From contig OZ024740.1 of NCBI GenBank assembly GCA_964016885.1, forward strand, positions 231,446,001 to 231,510,000: DNA of 64,000 nt, in the 5' to 3' direction. This stretch comes from Eledone cirrhosa. Lineage: Eukaryota. This document shows positions 54,927-64,000 of this stretch, in pieces. Numbering within the stretch: the stretch's first letter is position 1; every line of letters begins with the position of its first letter. The translations under genes and the position numbers were made by a program. The notes beneath the pieces are model-generated. The model saw only the letters and a list, made by a program, of their open reading frames with translations. It did no database searches and was not told the DNA's origin.

Positions 54927-55655
54927 TATAACGGTGGCGAAGATTCGAAACCGAATCTGAGCTTTCCCGCCTCTGGGACAAGCCGTGGCTAGTTGTTTAC
55001 GCCCGGCAGATCAACCCCTTGGGAGATGCTAAACATAGGTCAGATGTTGTTTAAGCCTGGCAAAAAAAGAGGTCAGATATATCCATCCTTCTAAGTTGTT
55101 TGCGCCTGGCAGACCAACCTCTTGGGAGATACTAACCAAAGGTCAGAGGATATATCTATCCTTCTAACTTCAACCCTTATAAATACAAGTGTTGTTTACG
55201 CCCGGTTGAAAAAGAGGGGACTACAGACAAGACAGGTCGTATTTACACACTCTCGTCACGAACAACGTCTGTCTACTATTTTCTCACACGCCTGGCTGAG
55301 TGATTACTACTACTGCTAAAACAAGAAAGTATACTAATATGCACACATACACATAGTAAGTTCACACTGCTTGCATTTTTATACGTACCATTTCTGTCAT
55401 ATTGTATCTTTCAGATACAATACAAATTATCTTATAATCGTATTCTGTGATACTTGTATTTACGTGGCTCGAAGACCCACCAAATTATTGTACGAATGTT
55501 TCATGTTATAAATTTTATCATTCAATATTCAAATTGAATATTGTTATAATAAAATAAACTTTGTAACAACACAATCCTGGTATCTTTGCATTGAAACCAT
55601 CATACCAACAATTCCATCTATTCACTTATCCGTTACAACCGGAATATTCACGACA
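54927..55655 (+). repeat. 5' LTR
   Basis: Direct repeat of 60009-60723; starts TATAACGG, ends CGACA. Confidence 0.92.
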
Positions 55656-55657
55656 AT

Positions 55658-55675
55658 TGGTGACCCCGGCGTGAT
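55658..55675 (+). promoter_or_regulatory. Primer-binding site, tRNA-Trp
   Basis: tggtgaccccggcgtgat, 2 nt after the LTR; complementary to the 3' end of animal tRNA-Trp as recalled, with one mismatch. Confidence 0.8.
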
Positions 55676-55711
55676 ACGAACACGTAACCTTCTGATTATT
55701 CACTACAAACA

Positions 55712-58700
55712 ATGTCTCGAGCACATGACAATTCATATACGGCAGAAATAGCAGTCCAGGCGGCGTTTACATTAATCATACCACCATTCTGATCTGGCTA
55801 CTCGATCCAACACTGTGGTTCGCGCACATCGAAGCGCACTTCACATCAAACCGGATCGTTAGCGAGGCATCTTGCCTAACACATGTTATTGGTTCGATGT
55901 CTCCGGAGATTATGAATGAGATTCGAGACCTCATTTTTGCACCACCTGGATCTGTGTCATATGACACATTTAAAACAGCATTAATTAAGAGGACGTCAGA
56001 GTCGCAGCAGAAGCGCTTGCACCAACTCCACATATCGGAGGAATTAGGAGATAAAAAGCTGACGCAACTCCTACGGCGAATGAAGCAGCTCCTGGAAGAA
56101 CATAAACTCCCGGACGAAATTTTCAAGCAACTCTTCCTCCAGCGTTTGCCTTCTGCCACACAAGTTGTATTAGCGTCCACCAGGGAGTCCACCACCATTG
56201 AAGAACTTGCCGAGCCAGCAGATAAGATCATGGAGGTACCACATCCGCACTCAACTTTAGCAAATGTGATGCCAGCCGTGACTTCCACCAATCCTTTCCT
56301 TCAGCCCTCCAGTACCACAGAGAGGCCCAATCTACACCAGTTACTGGCACAGCAAGCAACACAGATACAGGCCTTGATGCAACAAATTCAGGCCTTGTCA
56401 CTGGATAACACTCCCACGCGTCGGTCTAACAGTCGAACTCGCCGATTTGGGTTCGCTCAAGAAGTCCGAGCGCATCCCGTGATTCACCAGAAATGTGTTG
56501 ATACCACCAAAAATTCGGAAGACGGGCTCACAAGTGCAGCCATCCCTGTTCAAAGGTTTCGATGTCGAATCAGGGAAACGACACAGCCAGAAAACTGAAT
56601 GCGATGGACTTTTCTGGCCCTCATAATCAAAGTCGCCTATTTTTCATTCAGGATCGCGTCACACACATACGTTTCCTGGTCGACACTGGTGCTGAAGTCA
56701 GCATCATCCCAGTTTCCTGCGTTCCTGGCAAAAGGAAAGAAACACCAGCATGGCTCCATGCGGTGAATCATTCACATATTCCGACCTACGGAGAACAGTC
56801 CCTGACACTAAATTTGGGACTACGCCACACTTTCCAGTGGTTTTTTGTTGTGACTAAGCTGCCGACCCCTATTTTAGGGGCTGATTTTCTTCAGCACTTC
56901 TCACTGTTAGTGGACCTGAAAAACCAACGACTCGTTGACAACTCCACTGGTCTTGTTGTGCGCGGCATAGCCGCTCGGAAAGCCACAGTCAGTTCAGTCA
57001 TTTCACGCTCGGCAACAACAACCCGGCACAACCATATAATCAACAAATACCCAGACGTAGCTCAACCACTATTCAACGCCTGCCCTGTAAAACCTGATGT
57101 CACCCACCACATAAAAACACACGACCCACCTGTCGCTGCATGACCTAGAAGGCTACCACCAGACCGGCTGAAGTCCATCAAACAAGAATTTCAGCACATG
57201 CTGGATCTCCGCATCATACGTCCGTCCAGCAGCAACTGGTCCTCACCCATACATTGTGTACCCAAGAAGTCATCGAACGACTGGCGAATCTGTGGCGACT
57301 ACCGTGCACTGAACAACTGCACCGTGCCTGATTCTTATCCAGTGCCTCATCTACAGGACTTCTCTAGTTCGCTACACGGAGCTCGCATATTTTCGAAGAT
57401 CGATCTTGTGCGATTTTACAATCAGATACCTGTAGAGCCCGCTGATATTCCTAAGACCGCCGTACAACACCCTTTGGAATGTTCAAATTCCTGCGTATGC
57501 CTGTCGGTTTGCGAAATGCAACGCAGACATTCCAACGATTCATCGATACAGTTACCAGAGGTCTACCTTTTGTATACGCATACATCGATGACTTACTGGT
57601 GGCCAGCGGCTCCGATGAAGAACATGAGAGACACCTCGACCTGCTATTCACATGTCTGCATGAATACGGAATTGTTATCAACCCCAGCAAATGTGAGTTC
57701 TGAGTTGCGTCCCTTCATTTTCTGGGACACATCATTGATGAAGGTGGCATTCGCCCACTTAAGGAGAAGGTCAAATCCATCATTGATTTTCCACAGCCCA
57801 CATCTCTCCGCAAACTGCGAGAATTTCTTGGCCTGGTAAACTTCTACAGAAGATTTATACCCCACTGTGCAGAGACAGCCCAACCGCTCATGGATTTGCT
57901 GCGGCAGCGTACAACCAAAAACGCAAACATCATTCTCAGCGAAAAAGAATGTACCGCTTTCGCGGAGTTGAAGAAAATGTCAGAGGTTACAATGTTGAGT
58001 TACCCCAAACCTGACGCCCCAATGTGTTTATTGACTGATGCATCCAATTTTGGAGTTGGAGGTGTGCTTCAACAACTCTCTGGCGATATTTGGCGACCTG
58101 TATCTTTTTTCTCTAAGCGATTAAAACCCGCCGAAACTAAGTACAGCACATTCAGTCATGAATTATTCGACACGTGTTAGAAGGTCGTGTGTTCTCCATA
58201 TACACCGACTACAAACCACTAGTGTACGTGTTCAACGCCAAGCCTGACCGACACTCACCCAGGGAAGTCCGACATCTGAACTTCATTTCTCAGTACACTA
58301 CTGATATTCGGTACATTAAGGGTGCCACCAACTCAACAGCTGATGCTCTATCGCGCATGGAGCTTAACGCAATCCACACCACTGCCACTATCGATCTCCA
58401 GAATATTGCAGCAGATCAACAAGATGATGAGGAACTGCTGCAGCTCCGGAAATCATCCTTGAAATTGCAGGAATGGTGACACATATCCACAGGCCAGAGG
58501 GCCCATGCGTGCCCCAGAAACATCGATGTGACGTTTTTTCGGCACTGCATTCTCTGGCACATCCTGGCGTCCATGCCACGCAGAAACTGATGGTTGCCCG
58601 CTTTGTGTGGCCGAACATCAACAAGGACACCCGCGAATGGGCTAGGAACTGTATTGAGTCCCAGAAGGCGAAAATTCACCGGTACATCAAAGCCCCGATT

Positions 58701-59489
58701 GGTTCTTTCGCAACACCTGATGCACGGTTCCAAAATGTGCACATAGACATCGTTGGACCTTTGCCTCCTTCTCACAACTACACTCATCTTCTCACCTATG
58801 TCAACTGATTTTCTCGCTGGCCAGAAGCTTTTCCCCTGACGGATATTACTGTGGAAACTGTTGCCAAAACGCTAGTGTTTCACTGGGTTTCACGTTTCGG
58901 CACACCCGCGACCATCACTACAGATAGAGGACGTCAGTTCAATTTGCACCTCTTTACCAAGCTGACTCGGCTCCTCGGGTGTAAACACATCCGTACAACG
59001 GCGTATCACCCTGCCGCTAACGGCATGGTAGAACGTTTCCACCGTCAGCTACAAGCAGCCACCAAGGCTTACGCAGACTCATTCTTCCCACTCATTCTTC
59101 TCGGTATTCGTTCCACTGTTAAGGAGGAAGTCGGATATTCTCCGGCTGAAATGGTTTATGGCACCGTACTCGCTCTACCCGGGCAAATGATCGCTCCTGT
59201 TTCGCTACAAGAACTTCCAGACCCAACAAAATATGTGCACCGTTTACGGTCATCGATGTCGCATCTGTCTCCTTCAACCCCTAAACAACAGCACGTTACT
59301 TCACACATACCAAAAGACATCGATACATGGACGCATGTTTTCGTTAGAAATGACGGTATTCCATCGCAACTTCGTCCGCTGTATTCCGGGGCCTATAAGG
59401 TGATACAGAAACGTCCTAAGTATTTCGTTCTCGACTTGAACGGGAGACGAAATACCGTCTCCATTGACCGTTTAAAAAAGCGTTCGTAG
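55712..59489 (+). pseudogene. Gypsy gag-pol (PR-RT-RH-IN), disrupted
   Basis: Fragmented ORFs 55897-56598, 56562-57143, 57198-57839, 57890-58180, 58174-58479, 58473-58808 and 58851-59489. Confidence 0.9.
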
Positions 59490-60008
59490 AACAGGATTTG
59501 CCACCAGTACCCACCGTTTCTCCAGCAGACTCACCAACAACTTTGCCCGACACAAACACAACAAATTCTGCACAACCCCAACACACCAAATCTGGAAGAA
59601 CAGTTCGATGGCCCACGCGATACGTACAAGTTTATTGGGTAAGTACAAATTATGCATCTGGTCGACATTTCGGCTAATTTGTACATTTCAACGAATCGGC
59701 TAATTTCTGTGGTCATGAACTATTGCTACACAGAAATCAATTGACTCTGTGCATCATACACATCAAAAGAACAGACAAAAGAACATTTTTCCATTTCTAT
59801 GAAATGAATGAACATTTTCAATATTATGTAACATCACAGTACATTTTCCTGCATGTAAATTTGTTTTGTTTTGCATGTTTTCTTTCATTTCACCTGTTTG
59901 TAAATGACTTTAATGTATTTTTTTTCTTTCTGATTTTCTTCAACAACACATCTAGTCATACCTATCTTAATTTCACATACACCAAGATCGTTCAATCTTT
60001 ATGGATAC

Positions 60009-60723
60009 TATAACGGCGGCGAAGATTCAAAACCGAATCTGAGCTTTCCCGCCTCTGGGACAAGCCGTGGTTAGTTGTTTACGCCCGGCAGACCAACCCC
60101 TTGGGAGATGCTAAACATAGGTCAGATGTTGTTTAAGCCTGGCAAAAAAAGAGGTCAGATATATCCATCCTTCTAAGTTGTTTACGCCTGGCAGACCAAC
60201 CCCTTGGGAGATACTAACCAAAGGTCAGAGGATATATCTATCCTTCTAACTTCAACCCTTATAAATACAAGTGTTGTTTACGACCCGGTAAAAAAAGAGG
60301 GGACTACAGACAAGACAGGTCGCATTTACACGCTCTCATCACGAACAACGTCTGTCTACTATTTTCTCACACGCCTGGCTGAGTGATTACTACTACTGCT
60401 AAAACAAGAAAGTATACTAATATGCACACATACACATAGTAAGTTCACACTGCTTGCATTTTTATACGTACCATTTCTGTCATACAAATACAAATTATCT
60501 TATAATCGTATTCTGTGATACTTGTATTTACGTGGCTCGAAGACCCACCAAATTATTGTACGAATATTTCATGTTATAAATTTTATCATTCAATATTCAA
60601 ATTGAATATTGTTATAATAAAATAAACTTTGTAACAACACAATCCTGGTATCTTTGCATTGAAACCATCATACCAACAATTCCATCTATTCACTTATCCG
60701 TTACAACCGGAATATTTGCGACA
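60009..60723 (+). repeat. 3' LTR
   Basis: Direct repeat of 54927-55655 with scattered substitutions and a ~15-bp indel. Confidence 0.92.
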
Positions 60724-61627
60724 CATTGTTTATCTACCTCTCCTTGAGTAAAACTCTACTCATCTACTGAACCATTCTCATTTCCATTCTTCCCAGCTTT
60801 ATCTACTGCTCCACATTCACTCCCATCCCATGTCTTACTCCCATAAATCAAGGTACTTCACCTTCATTTCTCTTCAGTTTTATGATGAAAGATAAAAACA
60901 ATCAAACAACAACAATAATAATAATTGTTTCTACTTTAGGCACAAGGCCAGCAATTACCAAGTGCATTACTGGTACTTTATTTTATCGACCCCGTAAGGA
61001 TGAAAGGCAAAGTTAACCTCGACGGGATTTGAACTCAGACCGTAAAGGGACGTAACTATGCTGGAAAGCATGGCGTCCGACTCTCTACCGATACTGCCAA
61101 TCCACCGCCCAACAATAATAATAATGGCTTCTAATTTAGGCAGAAAGCCAACAATTTGCAGTGAGGGAGAAAGTCGATGATATCAATTCCCAGTATTTGA
61201 CTGGTATTTTATTTTATTAACCTTGGAAGGATGAAAAGCTAAGTTGACTTCAGTGGGATTTGAACTCAGAACACTAGGAGACATAAACAAAAGCCACAAA
61301 GCATATAATTTAACACTTTAACAACTCTGTCAGTATACCCCCCTTAACACTAATTGGTTCTACATTTGTAAGGGAAGGGTAAGTCAATTAAATCAACTCC
61401 AGCACATTACTGGTACTTTATTTTATTGACATTCTATAAGGATGAAAGGCAAAGCTAATCTCAGCATGATTTTAAATCAGAACATAAAGGGCCATAACTA
61501 TATGCTGCAAAGCATGTGGTCCATCTCCCTACTGACACTGCCAATCCACTGCTCACTAAAATGTCTAATCTGTCTCAAGCCAGGAGGTTCATCCAGTTGG
61601 TGCTTATCCCAGTTTAAATGGTGTTAA

Positions 61628-61830
61628 CACCCCCGCACGGACAGGATGCCTGTCCATTGCAGGGTTAAACACTCAGCTATTGCTGGTACTCATTTTCAAC
61701 TGAGTATACTGGAGCAACATGAAATGAAATGTTTTTCTCAAGAACACAACACACAACCCAGTTCAGGAATCGAACCCACAGCATTAGGATCATAAGTCCA
61801 ACACCTTTACCACTAGGCCACATCCCTCCA
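61628..61830 (-). mobile_element. Second tRNA-SINE family
   Basis: Minus strand gtggcctagtggtaaag...gggttcgattcc (A and B boxes), followed by a CORE-like segment. Confidence 0.65.
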
Positions 61831-62084
61831 CCTATACTCTCTCCCTAACAATAATAATAATTGTTTCTACTTTTGGCACAAGGCCAGCAATAACCCAGTA
61901 CATTACTGGTACTTTATTTTATCGACCCCGTAAGGATGAAAGGCAAAGTTGACCTCGGCGGGATTTGAACTCAGAATGGAAAGGGCCGTAACTCTATGCG
62001 TCAAAGCATGACGTCCGACCCTCTACCGATACTGCCACTCCACGCCCTAACAACAATAATAATAATAATAGTAATAATTCTTAC

Positions 62085-62271
62085 CTCCATAACCAGTGCA
62101 ACATGCATAAATGACCCATCCAACACACAGGCCCCACGCACTGCGATGAACTGTAGTATAAAGTGATTCTACATCTTGATTTATTATATCTCCATTATAG
62201 AGATTATATAAACCATAGACAATGGAAATTGCTGTCACTGTAGCCATCAACCACAACATGGCACAAACATA
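62085..62271 (-). CDS. nrf-6: NRF-6/OACYL-like O-acyltransferase, internal exon (gene continues beyond the window)
   Basis: gtttcag|TAT...GGA G|gtaaga; YVCAMLWLMATVTAISIVYGLY...LYTTVHRSAWGLCVGWVIYACCTGYG(G); R..W.....W.I.AC..G.GG family motif. Confidence 0.92.
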
Positions 62272-62487
62272 CTGAAACAAAAATTAAAAATATATATAAT
62301 ACATAAATATATATGTGTATATATGTATATAATAATAATATTATATAAGGGAACAAAGAATCAATGTTGCATCAAATACATATTTAATTATATATTACAT
62401 ATGTTTTACTGTCGATCAGCTCGAGGAATTATTGTTTAATGATCGAACCTGACTCTAGAATCGGAAGCTCCTCAGAAATGTGTTAAC

Positions 62488-62535
<48 letters not shown>

Positions 62536-62543
<8 letters not shown>

Positions 62544-62960
62544 AGATCAAAAGATGGTTAAAGGAGTTCCATGTATTTTATTATGCGCATTTCAAAAACA
62601 AACATCATCATGCAATAATATTTGTGTTTTCATCAGATAAAACAGGAGAACATGATATGAAGGCTAAAAAACACTTGTGGATAGTGCAGTTTTAAATCAA
62701 CATATGTTGATTTAAAACTGCACTATCCACAAGTGTTTTTTAGCCTTCATATCATGTTCTCCTGTTTTATCTGATGAAAACACAAATATTATTGCATGAT
62801 GATGTTTGTTTTTGAAATGCGCATAATAAAATACATGGAACTCCTTTAACCATCTTTTGATCTTATATTATGTATACTCCAGTCCTACAAACTGTAGAGT
62901 GCTTCTTATCCGATATCTGCATTGCTTTATTGTACTACAATAAAACTCACCTCCTACATT
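62536..62960. mobile_element. Fold-back hammerhead element, family B (perfect 336-bp palindrome plus tail)
   Basis: Spacerless palindrome 62536-62871 centred on cat|atg (62703/62704); tail to 62960; (TA)n flanks. Confidence 0.92.
62763..62833 (+). ncRNA. Hammerhead ribozyme, family B (mirror on - at 62574-62644)
   Basis: tgttttat-CUGAUGA-aaac acaaatattatt..gatgatgtttgt tttt-GAAA-TGCGCA-UA^-ataaaata. Confidence 0.85.
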
Positions 62961-62987
62961 TTATATATATATATATATATGTGTGTG

Positions 62988-64000
62988 TCATCATCATCAT
63001 CATCATCATTAACGTTTAACGGCTATCTTCCACGCTAGCATGGGTTTAGACAGGAATTGTCCTACTTGAGGCAAGATTGGTTGGGTGACCATGTCTCACT
63101 CGTATAGGGCTGTCTGGCAGGTTTTCTACAGCTGGATGCCCTTCCTAACACCAATCACATTTACAGTGTAGAACTGGAAGGTTTTTACTGTGTTACCTAC
63201 ACGGACACATTATAGTGTGGACTGTGTGTTTTTTTGTTGTGACACCTACACAACCTCATTTATTTAGGACTGGATGTTGTGGCATCAACAGAACTTTACA
63301 GAGAGAGGGTGATGTTAGTGGGAGTGGGGGGTGGGGTGGAGTAGGGGTAGTGGGATGGGGTATATATTTGATTAAGAGGTGCCTACTGACTGTAGGTTTC
63401 GCTTTGAACATAGGCAAGACGGGTCTTCTGTATTACTGCGTAGCGCTAAAGATCTCGGTCCAGTGACATTGTTTTAGAGAGGTGTAAGTGTGTGAGGTCG
63501 GAATTTATCCAATCGTCCTAGGTTTTTCTGGGTCTGCCTACTCCATAACTTCCATCAATTTTGATCGCCCTGCACTTTTTTATACACCTGTCGTCTTTCA
63601 TGCGCATCACGTGACCATACCAACGTAGTCTTCTTTCGAGTAAACAGCATCTGATCCCTCTTATTCCTAGTTTCTCACTTAGATCATTTATGCTTTACCG
63701 TTCGCGTATATTACTATTACACATCCAACGGAGCATGGATGCTTCGTTCCTCTCCAGTCTGCGCAGATCCTCTGCACACAATGCCCATATCTCACTGCCA
63801 TGTAACATTGCTGTTGGTATACAGGCATAATTTTAGAGAGAAACCTTTAGTAGTCAATAGTTGTATAAGCTCTCTGAACTTTTTCCATCCCTTTCTGACT
63901 CTGGCTACTGTACTTTCAGAGCACCCCCCTACCACTGCTGATTTTGTCACCCAGGTAACGGAAGGTGTCCACTATTTCTATAGAGCCATCTGGGCAATAG
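62988..64000 (-). mobile_element. RTE-clade LINE 3' part (runs off the window)
   Basis: Same family as 3608-4408; TFRYLGD...ARVRKGWKKFREL; MLHGSEIW; (GAT)n tail. Confidence 0.9.

Larger units (their letters stand above)
54927..60723 (+). mobile_element. Full-length decayed Ty3/Gypsy LTR retrotransposon, CsRn1/Kabuki/Boudicca-type
   Basis: Two LTRs; 4-bp TSD CATT (54923-54926, 60724-60727); gag CHCC motif C*YHQKFGRRAHKCSHPC; protease FLVDTGAEVS; RT YIDD; RNase H TDAS; integrase with GPY-like motif; stops and frameshifts; nested in an old RTE fragment. Confidence 0.93.

Noticed and set aside
62385-62482. Minus-strand CUGAGGA...AAAA-CATATG-UA, HHR-like
   Set aside because: The core is mutated and stems I and II are unconvincing.

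Overview
AT-rich animal genomic DNA, saturated with (TA)n and (ATT)n microsatellites and retroelements; a cephalopod/octopus-like mollusc is inferred from the repeat style, not shown. The only clear host gene is the 3' part of a minus-strand NRF-6/OACYL-like membrane O-acyltransferase: three phase-compatible exons at 62271-62085, 49664-49522 and 31516-31379. Its introns hold Tx1-like and R4/Dong-like LINEs, tRNA-SINEs and a full-length but decayed CsRn1-type Gypsy provirus (54927-60723). The main signal lies inside (TA)n tracts, mostly at 1-30 kb and again at 62.5 kb. There are about a dozen sequence-distinct hammerhead-ribozyme (HHR) families, many built as short, non-coding, head-to-head fold-back palindromes carrying an HHR or HHR half on each strand. 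They sit next to Penelope-like (GIY-YIG) retroelements that could mobilise them. Two families recur with near-identical ends and fold points, and arms within a copy share private mutations, suggesting a non-autonomous palindromic ribozyme element. All structures were read by eye; no folding, alignment or database search was run. Nearly all Y/I/M/C-rich ORFs in the track are microsatellite artefacts.
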